Part shown: one piece after another, positions 38,779 through 51,255 of the stretch | Layout of the letters: the number at the start of each line of letters is the position of its first letter | Numbering within the stretch: the stretch's first letter is position 1 | From: Okamejei kenojei | Taxonomy: Eukaryota | Direction of reading: 5' to 3' | NCBI GenBank assembly: GCA_035221665.1 | Contig: CM069135.1 | Location: forward strand, 68,696,001 to 68,760,000 | Length of the DNA stretch: 64,000 nucleotides | Made by a program: the position numbers and the translations under genes | Notes under the pieces: model-generated | Seen by the model: the letters and a program-made list of their open reading frames with translations, nothing else | What the model was told of the DNA's origin: nothing | The model's database searches: none

Positions 38779-39050
38779 GGATGTTATATGGGGGAGGTAG
38801 TCATACACAACTATTCCAACTTTGTTATCATTCCCCACGAATTTGTTCCTTTTATCTCCCCTCTTCTATAAACGGGGTTGTCATGTCAGACAAGGGGTCT
38901 CCAGAGAAATTACTAGTACTGGGTTAGTTCTTAACTACTAATTGCTTGTTTTCTGAACTCTTCTTATCAGCATTTTCTTTCTCTGTCTTGGCCCTTAACA
39001 ATTTGCAATTTTATGTTACCTAATTAGTCCCTATTCTCCCTGACTTTACC
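37700..39050 (-). pseudogene. Degraded ERV gag remnant (first unit)
   Basis: Lies just downstream of the leader. PPPY late-domain motif (LPPPYN) at 38783-38800. Degenerate zinc-knuckle-like CYS...GH at ~37890-37912. Many stops. Confidence 0.5.
38179..38402. mobile_element. Palindromic Penelope pLTR-derived mini-element with two back-to-back hammerhead-like cores
   Basis: 14-bp TSD ctctcctctttgtt at 38165-38178 and 38403-38416. Inverted repeat centred at ~38309. Cores at 38280-38309(-) and 38310-38337(+). Confidence 0.85.
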
Positions 39051-39270
39051 TGTTCTGTCCATACAGACCCCTACTTATCTAGGGCGGTAGCCACCGATGG
39101 CCTTGTCCATTTAGTCCCCTTTCTCTTCTCAGGGCGGTATCCACAAGGTCTCATTATTATCCTGCCTGTTCAGACCCCTTACTCTTCTTAAGGGCGGCAG
39201 CCACAGGATGCCTTGTCCGTTCAGACCCTTTCTCTTCTCAGGGCGGTAGCCACAAGGTCTTATTCTTATC
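39050..39270. repeat. Tandem repeats in the ERV leader
   Basis: Four copies of a ~55-bp unit containing agggcgg(t/c)a(g/t)ccac, arranged as two ~110-bp dimers. Confidence 0.8.
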
Positions 39271-39566
39271 ACACAGAATCTACTTTCTCAGATTAATTAT
39301 TTCCTACTGTGCAGTCTTTTCGAGTAATCCTCCGGGTCTCCTTTTAAAATAATTTAGTGACAGATTCTTTGGGTCGGAGAGGCCCTCTGACTGCCTAGAC
39401 GCTTCTGTGTCCCCAGTGGCTTCCCGTTTTCAACAGGTTATTAGTCCAAATGAAGTGGAAAACTGCCTATCTTTTTGAAGGTGGTCACTCTTGTCCTATG
39501 GTCACCGGGAGCCCCTGAGGGGCTGGAAAGCGCCATGGGCTGGTTGTCTTTATTGAGCGGGCTTCT

Positions 39567-42095
39567 TTTTTTTTTTTTTTAAAAAATATATTTTTTATTA
39601 TAGAAAACCAAATAATAACAAAGTACATTATTTTACAATGATGAAAATACATGATATTAATGATATATTCGTACTGTTAATATTATTTGTATTATTATTG
39701 ATTATAAATTTTAAGATTATATATTTTATATAATTGAGAATACATGGTACTAGTAATACATTCATAATATTAGTAATATACTCATATGTTGATAATATTT
39801 ATATTGTCTCTGATTTTGACTGTAGGACCAATTTTATGTAATTAAAAATACGTAATACTAGTAAATTTTATAATATTCAATTATATTTTTCATACTGTTA
39901 ATAATTATTTGTATTATCATTGATTTTAAATTATAATTATATATTTTTATAATTGAAAATACATGATACTAATAATACTTTCATAAAGTTAGTGATATTT
40001 ATATTCGTACTGATATTAAAAAATTTAAGATTATGTGTTTCTATACTTTTTTCTAATTTTTTATAAAAGTATGAAAAATAGAGAGAAAGAGTGTGTGAAA
40101 AGTTTGATGGAGAAATGGAATATTAATCATTAATCGTCCTTGGAGATATATTCATGATTTATTATATATATTTCTTCATCTATTCAAATATTCAGGTCTC
40201 AGTCAAGTCCTCGCGCGACGAACCATTATGACCCTGTAAATATTTAATATATGGAGACCAAATCCCTCTGAAGAGAGATCTAACCTATCTATTAGGACAA
40301 GCCTCAATCTCTCCAGATGAAGTGTCTCCCGACATTTCTATGTTCCACATTTTGATTGTTGGGGATGTAGGGCCTTTCCAAAATTTTAATATTAATTTTT
40401 TCCCAATTATTAAACAATAGTCGATTCTAAAAGTTCTTTGGTTCATTGTTATTAGTTGGTCAGTTTCAAGTATTCCAAGTATTATTAACTTTGGTCAGGA
40501 GTCAAAGTTTATATTGACAACATTCGAAATTATCTTAAATATTTTTTTTTTTCATTCCAGTATTTTAATTTTTATACAATTAGTGAATGAGTTGTGACAA
40601 ATTTGCTTCTGAGATTGACATTTATCATATAGAGGATATTTTTGGGGAAAATATTATGTAATTTAGATTTGGAATAATGTAATCTATGTAGTATTTTTCA
40701 AACTGTATAAGGGAATGTTTAGCATTTAAACGAACAATAATGTATATGTTGTAAACTTTCCTCCCATATTTTGGTCTTATAATTTGGCTATATTCATTTT
40801 CCCAAGACTGTTATGTATTTCTGTTGATGGGCATCACATTCCAATAAAATATTGTATATATATGATATCATTTTTTCCGTATTTGGATTGTTTATTCAAG
40901 CATTCATCTAAATTTCTGTCTTTCTATTTCTAAGTTCTTGTGTATTTTCAGAAACATAATTTCTGATTTGTAAATATCTAAAATATTCTTTATTGTGTAG
41001 TCCATAAGTTGTTGTAACTCTTGAAATGAGAGAAAAGAGTTTTCCTTATAAAGATCACCCTCTTAGAAATTCCTTTATTTTTCCATTGTAAAAAAGCCTT
41101 ACGCGTATCCATCATTGAAGGTTTTTTAGAACGTAAGATTATTGGCGATGGTAAGACTAATCACCAGGTATAAATTTTAGTTTTTAATGTTTTTCTTTAT
41201 TTGTTTCCAGATGCGGATTTCCGTTTTCTTATTTCATCGGATTTTCACTATAATCATTTTCTTAGCTACGTTAGTGTTAGCAAATATTATAGAGCTAATT
41301 TCAAATGGAGAACAATCTTCTTTTTCCATATTTAACCAATTTGGTTTTATTACTATTTTTCTAGTAGCCAAAAAATTCATATTTTTTAATATTGACTGCC
41401 CAGTAATAAAAACATAAGATTTGGTAATGCTAATCCTCCATTTATTTTAGGTTTACATAAATGTTTTTTATTATTCTATGGCTCTTGTAATCCAGATAAA
41501 GTTAGTAATTAGAGAATCTACTTTTTTGAAAAATTTTTAGGGAGATAATACGGAATTAATTGAAATAGATATAATAATTGTGGGAGAAAAATCATTTTAT
41601 TGCATTAATTTTACCTAACATTGAAATAGGTAAGCTTTTCCAGTATAAAATATTCTTATTTAATTTATTCAATAATGGAGGGAAATTAAATTTAAATAAA
41701 GTCAAATTTTTTGTAACGAAAAATCCCAAGATATTTAATATTTTCGTTTGTTATCTTAAAAGGGGAATTGTTGTAATATATGTAAATTATTCACCGTTAT
41801 TGGCACGAGTTCACTTTTATTCCAATTGATACTGTATCCTGAGAGAGATCCGAATTCCGTTATTAGTTTTAACAAATTTCGGATACTTGTTTCTGGTTTA
41901 GTGATATAAAGTAATACATCATCCGCATATAAGGAGATTTTATTTTTAGTATCTCTAGTATCATATCCATGTATTTCCGGGTGTAATCTTACCCTCTGGG
42001 CGAGAGGTTCTATTGCGAGCGCAAACAATAAAGGTGATAAAGGACAACCTTGTCTGCAACCTCGAGATAAACTGAATTTAGTTGATAACATTCGG
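39567..42095 (-). mobile_element. L1 LINE, 5'-truncated, inserted just downstream of the ERV PBS
   Basis: RT motifs RGCRQGCPLSPLLFALAIEPLA, KISLYADDVLLY, FGSLSGYSINWNKSE. Poly(A) tail at 39567-39580. 17-bp TSD ttattga(g/a)cgggcttct at 39550-39566 and 42096-42112. Confidence 0.92.
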
Positions 42096-42117
42096 TTATT
42101 GAACGGGCTTCTATCTG

Positions 42118-42135
42118 ACCCTGCTCGCAGCGCCA
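42118..42135 (-). promoter_or_regulatory. ERV primer-binding site, tRNA-Ser-like
   Basis: TGGCGCTGCGAGCAGGGT, 4 nt after the LTR terminal CA. Closest to the tRNA-Ser(CGA) 3' complement TGGCGCTGTGAGCAGGAT as I recall it. Confidence 0.7.
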
Positions 42136-42603
42136 ATTTTGTTGTGGTTGCCAATACTCAAAATTAACTCAGGCGACGCTGAGAATTCTTCAAGAAGTTC
42201 AAACCTTTATTTGCAAATCGAGGCTGGAACACTCAAAGAGTAAATCACTTGAGAGTTCACTCCAAACCAAGAGCTGCCCCTTCTTATGGCATGTTTAACT
42301 CTGTATGTCCCACCCCCGGTACATTTCCATACCCAATCACTTGCAGACATTCCCTTATCGATAACCAATCACTTGCAAACATTCCGTTAGCACTAACCAA
42401 TCACGTGCATTACTTTTCTCCTCCTTCCCCAGTAATTTTCCATTCCGTAATCCACCCTTATTTAAATCACATGACTTCCCCTTCTTGGGCCCCTTATTTC
42501 TATTAGCTAGGGCTTGATACAGTTACAAAGGTTATATAAATGCCACGACTGATTTACGCTAAGTGTTAACCTAGCAGAACCCAATGTTTACTTTCCTGTC
42601 TTA

Positions 42604-44443
42604 AACCCCTGTCTCACTGTGCGAGTTGGCCCACGAGTGACCCGAGTTTTCACTCGTGGTGATCACGTAGCGGGAACGTCGGAACTCGCACGAGCAACTT
42701 ATCGACTCGTGGCGCTAACGGCAGGTACTCGGGAAATTGTTAACTCGTGAAAAAAATCAAACTGTTTGATTTTTTCCACGAGTCAAATTAAATGTTCAAG
42801 TGTAAAATGGAAACATTTTAAACTCGTTGTAATACGTAGTGGCCCCGTGCGTTTATTTCTTAGTGTCTCGTGAGTGTCCGTGGGAACTTTAATAATCTGT
42901 TCTTTTGCTCGTAAGGACTGAACCAAAGATAGACACAAAATGCTGGAGTTTATAACTCAGCGGACCAGGCAGCATCTCCGGAGAGAAGGAATAGAGTCGA
43001 GACCCTTCTTCAGACTTTCCTTCGCTCCAGAGATGCAGCCTGTCCCGCAGAGTTACTCCAGCATTTCGTGTCTATCTTCGGCCTTTCTGCACTTGTCCCG
43101 TGGCTTCACTCTGTCTCAATGAACGCTTAAAGACTGCCGTAGGGGCAAGTCTGGGGTGGTGGGTGGGATTAGTGTCCACGTTGTGATGTCCATCCACCCC
43201 CGGGGCCGAGAGTGTGGGATTGGGAAGGAACTGCAGATGCTGGTTACACCGAGATAGACACACACAATGCTGGAGTAAACTCGGCGGGACAGGCTGCATC
43301 TCTGGAGCGAAGGAATGGGTGGCATTTCGGGTAAAGTCTGAAGAAGGGTCTCGACTCTATTATCCTTCTCTCCAGAGATGCTGCCTGGTCCGCTGAGTTG
43401 TGTGTGTGTGTCTCTCTCCCTCTCTGTCTATCTGTGTGTATCTGTGTGTGTGTCTGCTGTCGGGGTCCCGGTGGCCGCTCAAAGGTCACCGAGCTGCCTC
43501 CTTCCTTCTGANNNNNNNNNNNNNNNNNNNNNNNNNNNNNNNNNNNNNNNNNNNNNNNNNNNNNNNNNNNNNNNNNNNNNNNNNNNNNNNNNNNNNNNNN
43601 NNNNNNNNNNNNNNNNNNNNNNNNNNNNNNNNNNNNNNNNNNNNNNNNNNNNNNNNNNNNNNNNNNNNGGGCCCCCCTGCAAGTCACCCGAGCTGCTTTA
43701 ATTCCTCTGAAGTGGTGGNNNNNNNNNNNNNNNNNNNNNNNNNNNNNNNNNNNNNNNNNNNNNNNNNNNNNNNNNNNNNNNNNNNNNNNNNNNNNNNNNN
43801 NNNNNNNNNNNNNNNNNNNNNNNNNNNNNNNNNNNNNNNNNNNNNNNNNNNNNNNNNNNNNNNNNNGGGCCCGCTCAAAAGTCATCCGAGCGGCTCATTC
43901 CTCTGAAGTGGTGACCAGCTGCTGTCTGTGTGTATCTTGTGTGTGTGTGTGTGGGTGTGACTGTGTGTGTGTGTGTGTGTGTAGTGTGTGTGTCTCTCTC
44001 TCCTCTCTCCCTTCTGTCTATCTGTGTGTATTCTGTGTGTGTGTCCTATGTCGGGTCGGTGCGCTCCAAAGTCATCCTGCTGTCCTCATTCCTCTAAGTG
44101 GAGACCAGCTGCTGTCGTGTGTGTCTGGTGTCTGTGTGTGGGTGTGTGTCTCAGTGTGTGTGTGTGTGTGTGTGTGTCAGTCACACGAGATCTTGTTAAT
44201 TCCTCTGATGTGGTGGCAGCTGCTGTCTGTGTGTTATCTCTCTGGTGTGTGTGTGTGTGTGTGTCTCTCTCTCTCTCCCTCTCTGTCTATCTGGGTGTGA
44301 TCTGTGTGTGTGTTCTGATGTCGGGGTCTCCCGGTGGCCGCTCAAAGTCATCCGAGCTGCCTCCTCTGAAATGGTGACCAGCTTGCTTGTCTGTGTGAGT
44401 CTGTGTCTGTGTGTGTCTGTGTTGTGTGTGTGTGGTGGGCTGT

Positions 44444-44475
<32 letters not shown>

Positions 44476-44941
44476 GCGGTCTGCATGTCCGGGTCTGGAA
44501 AGGGCTCAAGGTCAGTCCACCTGGACTGTTCCTTTTTTAAAATTATTTAAAAATAGAGATCCATTGCAAAAAAAAAGTATTTAAAAACATAAAAAACAAG
44601 AAATGCTTGGTAGAATGCGCATTTTCCCATTGTAGGTCATATCAATAGATGCGGCGCGCTGAAATAACTCAAAACCACAGGATGGAGATGTATTTTAACA
44701 TTGTTGCTTTATTAAACCATACCTTCATTCACGGTTGGCTCAAGAGTAACGGAGAGGAAAACTTGCTAACTCGGGAGAGGAACTTGCTAACTCGGAGAGG
44801 AACTTGCAACATCGCAGCAATTACATCCCGTGGGATACTCGGCCCACACACTTGATCATACACTTGCACGTCTCGGTTGCGCAGCCACGAGTCTATCACG
44901 CGGGGTACCTCGTGGGTCAATCGCACACTGAGACAGGGGCA
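42604..44941. mobile_element. Non-autonomous PIF/Harbinger-like DNA transposon containing a TG-rich minisatellite, Penelope pLTR pieces and N gaps
   Basis: ~30-bp TIRs cccctgtctcactgtgcgagttggcccacgag / ctcgtgggtcaatcgcacactgagacagggg. TTA TSD at 42601-42603 and 44942-44944. The empty site ctgtcttag is present in the other LTR at ~26376-26384. Confidence 0.85.
43395..44480. repeat. Complex minisatellite with (TG)n/(TC)n tracts, including assembly gaps
   Basis: Recurring unit ggccgctcaaagtcatccgagctg...cctctgaagtggtgaccagctg separated by TG runs. N runs at 43512-43668 and 43719-43866. Confidence 0.85.
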
Positions 44942-45280
44942 TTAGTGCCTCCTTCTATCTCTCTTTAGTTCATCTCAGCTTAGGGGGTGCTACAAAGTTA
45001 CAAAGGTCATATAACTGCCACAGTGTTGAGCTAGCTTTGAGGGGAGACCCCAAACGCCTTCCCCCCCCAATTTATATAAACAAAACGCACAAAGGCGAGC
45101 ACAAATGTCTTGTATAATGTCTTATCTCAACATAAACAAGCTAATCCAAACATGCAGAGCACAGCTAAATCCAAACATGCAGAGCAAAGCTAATACAAAG
45201 GATAATAGATAAAGGATAATATTTAAGTATCTCAAGTATTTACAAAACACCAAGAATATAAAATTTAATAATAATATTTA

Positions 45281-46469
45281 TCTATTTAATTAAAGTCTCA
45301 TCTTGGACCTCTCTGTTGCGCTGTGTATTGATTTTAGAAAAAGAAAAAACCGTTTCCCGGCATCGCTGTGATTTTTGGCCATCGTACTCACAGTCACCTC
45401 CGCTGAGCCAGACAGAGGATTTTTCCCATCGAGAAAATAACGTTAGAGATCAGCTGATTGGTCCTCTTGCCTGTCAATCACTGTGATGAAGGTAACGCCC
45501 CTTCTGGGGGGTGGGGGGGTGGCAGGACTATAAAACCCCGTATGCCTGGACGCGAGTCAGTCACTCTGCAAGATCACTAGGGAGAGGCCACGACTGTCCT
45601 TCTGTTGTGAATCAAATGAACTATGAGTCTGCAATGTACTTGCAATAAATGATTTGTTAGCCCTTAATGACAATGCCATTAGTTGTTTGGCCTGCTGCCC
45701 TGCCTGTGCTTGAAAGTGCAATGCTTAATTGGAAATGAAATGAAATGAAAAGAAAATGGCACAAGTTGTTTGGCCTGCTGCCCTGCCTGTGCTTGAAAGT
45801 GCAATGCCTAATTGGAAACGAAATGAAATGAAATGAAATGAAATGACAATGCCATGAGTTGTTTGGCCTGCTGCCCTGCCTGTGCTTGAAACTGCAATGC
45901 TTTATTAGGTCTGACTGTGTTTGGAAGGAATAAATGCTTTATTGGGTCCGACTCTGTTCGGAAGGAATAAATGCTTTATTAGGTCCGACTGTGTTTAGTC
46001 CAAAAGTCCCGCTCATTTTGTGACTTCCACTTAATGGAGAGGTCGCGCTTTAATGCATAATTACAGGTCGGTCTGCTTGTGTAATTTCCAGTAAATGCAG
46101 AGGTCACGCTGATTGTGAGAGTGCCGCTGACTGCCCCACAGTGCAGAGGCCGCACTCAGCCGTGTGAGTAGATTCAAGAAAATTTTACTGTCTATATATA
46201 TATGTGTGTGTGAGAGTCTGTGAGTCTTTGTGAGTTTGTGTGTATGTGAGTGTGTGGTGTCTCTGTGTGATTGGAGTATCAGTGTGTGATTTGGGTGTAT
46301 GTGTATGTGTGAGTGTATGTGTGAGTGAGTGTCTGTGTATGTATGAGTCTGTGTTGAGTGTTGCGTGGTGTTTTTTGGTGTATATTGGAATTGGTGCAGA
46401 GGTGGAATATTGTGTTGGGGAACCAGCCCTCCCATGGGAAGCTTGGATCCAACCGGTCCCACAGTCTAG
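45281..46469 (+). mobile_element. Non-autonomous Helitron
   Basis: 5' end A|TC at 45281 and 3' end CTAG|T at 46469, preceded by the imperfect hairpin ggatccaaccggtcc. No TSD. Internal tandem repeats: ~95-bp x3 with (GAAAT)n and ~39-bp x3. Confidence 0.75.
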
Positions 46470-46477
46470 TGTTTCTT

Positions 46478-46956
46478 TAGGATCCCCTCTCATCCTTCTA
46501 AATTCCGGTGAATACAAGCCCAGTCGACCCATCATTTCATCATTTGTCAGTCACACCATCCCTGGAATTAACCTGGTGAACCTACGCTGCACTCCCTCAG
46601 TACCAAGAATGTCCTTCCTCAAATTAGGAGACCAAAACTGCACACAATACCCCAGCTGTGATCTCACCAGGGCCCTGTACAACTGCAGTAGGACCTCCTT
46701 GCCCCTATACTCAAATCCTCTCGCTATGAAGGCCAATATGCCATTTGCTTTCTTCACTGCCTGCTGTACCTGCATGCTTAATTTCAGTGATTGATGTACA
46801 AGAACACTCAGGCCTCCCCTTTTCCTAATCTGACACCATTCAGATAATAATATGCCTTTTTGTTCTTGCCACCTAAGTGGATAAACTCACATTATCACAT
46901 TTATCCACATTATACTGCATCTGCATACATCTGCCCACTCACCCAACCTATCCAAG
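46478..46956 (-). mobile_element. CR1 LINE internal fragment
   Basis: [50 protein letters not shown]. Confidence 0.9.
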
Positions 46957-47446
46957 ATTTGAAAGTTTACATTGCCGAGAAGTAAACTGAGAGGACAAAG
47001 AAAATTGGATGCAAGGGAAATGCCGCCAGCTGAAAGATGGTAAAGATTTTGCCAAAATGTAGGCACAAGGAATTGTAAATGCCAAAATCTTGAGCAGAAA
47101 AGAAAAAGTGCTGCAGTAACTCAGCAGGTCATGCAGCATCTATGGAGAGCATGGATAGGCAATATTTTCGCTTGGGATCATTCTTTAAACTCTCGACCTC
47201 AAATTTAGCCTAAAGATGCTTTCCAGATATGCTGCCTGACCTGCTGAGTTCCTCCAGCACTTTGAGTTTTTGCCAAAGGTTATGGCTGGGGAAGTATAAA
47301 CCAGAGGAAACAAATGAAAAATTAAATGACTAGAAACGAGAACATTTGAGGTAAATTGCTGATTATCTGAAATTGTTGAATTTATTGTTCAGTCTAAAAG
47401 GAAGTTATACAACTATTTGGAAGATAATTTATTTGGAAGATATTTA

Positions 47447-47672
47447 GGGTGGCAAAGTGGCATAGAGCTGGAGTTGTTGCCTTACAACTCCAGAGACCCA
47501 GGTCCGATTAGACTATTTGGAGTTTGTACAATCTCCCAGTGACCACGTGGGTTTCCTCTGGGTGCTCCGGTTTCCTCCCACATTCCAAAGATTTGCAGGT
47601 TTGTAGTTTAATTGGCTTCTGTAAATTGTCCCTAGTGTGTAGGATGGAACTAGTGTACAGGTTATCACTGGT
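47447..47672 (+). mobile_element. tRNA-derived V-SINE (HE1-like)
   Basis: tRNA-like head followed by the V-domain core gtgggtttcctctgggtgctccggtttcctcccacattccaaaga and gtaaattgtccctagtgtgt. Confidence 0.75.
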
Positions 47673-49449
47673 CAAGTAGTGCAATGCAAAGCCTTTACTT
47701 AATATGTCTACCCCTCCTTCAACATCCTCAAGTGGCTGTTTCCACTTAGATGCTCCTTTATCTCCACTTTCATTCGCCTTTTCATGGAAACTTCCCAGGT
47801 CACTGTCAATTTAACAACCAATATTTTCCTCCTCCCTTACCACACCTTATATCCCAAGCACATCAGAAATTTACTTCTACTTCATCTGTTCTAATATACT
47901 TCATGATGTGGTCACATTCATATTGGGGAAACCAAGCAGTTTGGTTGCAGAATATCTCTGTACCACTTCCGTTGTCTGCATTTTAATTCATCCCACACTG
48001 AACTCTGTTTTTGGCCTCCTACACTGTTACCGTAAATTGTAAATTAAGTTGAAAGAATATCTCATTTAGAGATACAGTGTGGAAACAGATGCTGCCTGAT
48101 CTGCTGGGCTTTCCCAGCAACTTTTTCTGATCCAAGAGAATGTGATCTTGGTGAGATCATTGAAATAGTACATAACAGAGTAAATTAACAGACCAAAGCT
48201 GCCTGTTTTTTCAAGCAAGTAACTTGTCTAAAGAATGGAGAGATTTGAAAAAAATTCTCACACCATTTGTTCAACACTCTATGGTATACAAATCCTAGCA
48301 GATATTATTATATCTCTTTAGTCGCAAAGAAAGGAAATTGTTCGAAATGAGACCCTGGAATATGTAATACCAGCTAGAAATAAAGCAGACTCTCTGCTGG
48401 TTATTTGCACGTAACCACAGGGAGAAATATTGGATACTTTCTTGACGGTGTATAAGATGGAAATTCCAGATTTGCAGATTGGAATATTTGTGGAATCCAG
48501 GAATGCACCCTGAGGGAATGGCCACAGCAGGAGAGAGTTAGTTCTGGAAAAGTGCAGGCAAACATGTACAGCTGAAGTGATATCCAAAGCCTTGCCAGAA
48601 ATATCAGAAGTTCAACAAGGAAGTTCATGCTGTGAAGTATGTAACAAAATGCATCGTAGGCAAACTACAGTTTCAGAGTACCATTTGAAAACAATGAGCT
48701 TGTTGTAACTTATGAACTAAGCCACTCGAAGGCTGAAGCTGGTTGATGTAAAAGTCTTTATTCATCCAGAAGCAAAGACATTCTTTTGGAGATCCTTGGT
48801 AGAATCTCAAATCTCACAATTCATTAAAATTTTATAATCTTAAGATCAAAGCTAACAGCAGGTGATTCAGTATGATTTCAATTGCAACAATTATATTGTT
48901 TACTTTGATATATTGAGTATGACAAAAGGACCCAGTGAATTACACATTCGCAATGTAGCTGAAAAAAACCCTCTGAATGTTCCAACACCTTTGCTGGTTC
49001 AGGATAATTCATATGGATGGTCCAAAGGTTTCTGAGGACAGGGAACCTAGATGCGCAAAAATAATACCACAAAGGACGGCAGATGTTGGTTTACAAAAAA
49101 AAGACACAAAGTGCTGAAGTAACTCAGCGGGTCAGGCAGAATCTACAGAGAAAATGAATAGGTGATGTTTTGGGTAGGGACCCTTCTTCCTGACCCAAAA
49201 CATCGCCTATCCATGCCTTCCAGAGATGCTGCATGACCTGCTCAGTTACTCCACCACCTTGTGTCTTTCTTTGCTCAAAAATAGTGTCGAGGGCTGACTC
49301 TCTTAAATGCACAAATACTCCAATTATTGATGGACAAATTTGCAGGAGGGCATTGCTTTCTCAGCTCTCCAAACTGTGTGAGTCACTCTCACAGATGTAA
49401 TAAGGGTTTGGCTGGATACTCATTAGCAAATGGTCAAACAACTCAAGGA

Positions 49450-49850
49450 GGTAAATACCTCAGAATGCAGAAGGGAGAGGTTAAGGTTGTCCTTGAATAC
49501 TCCACCAGTTGGTCTGCACAGGTCTTTAGCTCTTGGCCAGGTACATCATCTGAGCCATAAGGGAGAACCCATGCTTTGGGTGGATTCACCATTATACAAG
49601 GATGCTCTGATGTTGGTCTCAGAGAGTGAGATCATAGGGCTGTCAGGAGCTATAAGGGCTTGTGTAAATCTGTTGTTGTTCTCCCTGTCAAAGCATGCAT
49701 GAAATATATTGAGCTCATCTGGAAGTGATGCATCATTGTCTCTCATGCTTCCAGGTTTTGCCCTGCTGCAGATAATGCGCATCCATCTCTGACTCCAGCT
49801 TGGTCGGTTATCATCTTTCATGGTCACAATGGCCTTCTGAAGGTCATGTC
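49450..49850 (-). mobile_element. Rex1/Babar LINE degraded internal fragment
   Basis: DASLPDELNIFHACFDREN and downstream degenerate RT N-terminal sequence. Confidence 0.6.
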
Positions 49851-50983
49851 TGAACTCCTTGCATCACTCTGGATTGAGAGTCCAAAATGCCACATATTTA
49901 ACAAACAGATAATGAACAACCTTAGGCAGTTTGATTGGGAACATTTGGAATATGATCCAAAACTCACCCGTGCATTTCCTTATGAAGTCACTGGTGACTG
50001 TGGCATATTCATTCATGTCCATGGAATTGAAGCACAGCTAGGTCAGATTTAACAAAATGCAGGCAAGGGATGGAGCGGTTGGTGTTCCTGAGGGTGATAT
50101 AGCAGTGATTGAATGTGTTTGGTTCGGTCCTCTGGTATCGAAGGTAATGTGCTGATAGTTAGGCAAAGACTATTTCAAACTGGCCTGGTCACAGTCCCCA
50201 GCAATGCTGGGGAGGGATTGGGATATGTCATTTCATTCTTGCTGACTGTGGAGCTCAACTCTTCATGTGCCAGATTAACATTTGCCTGATATAGGATGTA
50301 GACAAACTTGGTTGATAGAGCGGCTGACAATTAACCACCTGTAAATAAGATTTTGTGCTCTTCATCCATGTGTTTCTGATAGCGCTGTTACACGGCATTG
50401 TGTTTGTTTAAAAATTTTTGCGCGCCAAGTCTGTGGCTGGTAGCGTTTTGTTTCCAAGGGGGGGGGGGGGGGGGGGGGGGTGAGATTCGCTGGGATGCAG
50501 GCCCCTGCCATTGGGTGCAGTTTGAATTTGGAAATGGCTCTATTGACCAGGATTTAATGGTGGTTATTTCAACGGCTAATTTCTGCCTGTATAAAGGCAG
50601 GCGGAAGTTGTTTTGTTAGTTCTTGAGTTGGTTGTTTTTACATGAGGGGTTCACCGATGGGCTGGGTCTCGATCAGGGCCGTGGATGGAGGCAGAGACAG
50701 AGAGAAAGAGAGAGGTGAGCTGCTGTAAAACAGGCACCGTGCATATCGAGCAAGTATTGTTTTTGTTCTCCCTCTTGCCAATAAATCTGATTTGTAACTA
50801 TATGGACGGGTGAGCCTTTTTCTGTTTACTAGGCAGATCTTTGAATTTGTTCCCTTGTAACAATTGGCATAGTCGACAGGATCTGACGAACAGAATAGAA
50901 AATGTTTGATAAAAAGAAATAGCAAACGAGATGGCGCTGGTGCAGGCCATCGCCCCCGCAACGAGCTGCTGGGGAGCTGACCA

Positions 50984-51255
50984 TGGGGGGGGGGGGGGGG
51001 GTGGGAGAGGGGGAGGGAGGGAGAGGGGGAAGGAGGGGAGGGAGAGAGAGAGGGAGAGGGAGAGAGGGGAGGGGGAGGGAGGGGGAGAGGGAGGGGGGAG
51101 AGGGAGGGGTGAGAGGGAGAGGGGGGGGGGGAGGGATAGGGAGGGAGGGAGGGGGAGGGGCAGGGGAGGGGGACCACCAATGGGATGGGGGCTTTCGGGA
51201 GGGGAGGGGGGGAGCGGGAGGGGGGAGGGAGTGGGAGGGAAGGGGAGGGAAGGGC
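50984..51255. repeat. G/A polypurine low-complexity tract
   Basis: Almost uninterrupted GGGA/GAGG runs. It is the source of the poly-Pro and Gly-Arg pseudo-ORFs. Confidence 0.9.

Larger units (their letters stand above)
42140..45132 (-). mobile_element. ERV 5' LTR (~650 bp), interrupted by a DNA transposon
   Basis: Termini TGTTG...CAACA. AATAAA on the minus strand at 42206-42211. Three CCAAT boxes. Adjacent PBS. Homologous copy at ~25938-26520. Confidence 0.85.

Noticed and set aside
39050-39270. Regularly spaced repeats resembling a CRISPR array (also 45660-45995)
   Set aside because: The intervening sequences are themselves repeated, the context is eukaryotic, and there are no cas genes.
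43244-44550. Cys/Val-rich and X-containing ORFs
   Set aside because: Produced by (TG)n microsatellite and N gaps inside a MITE.
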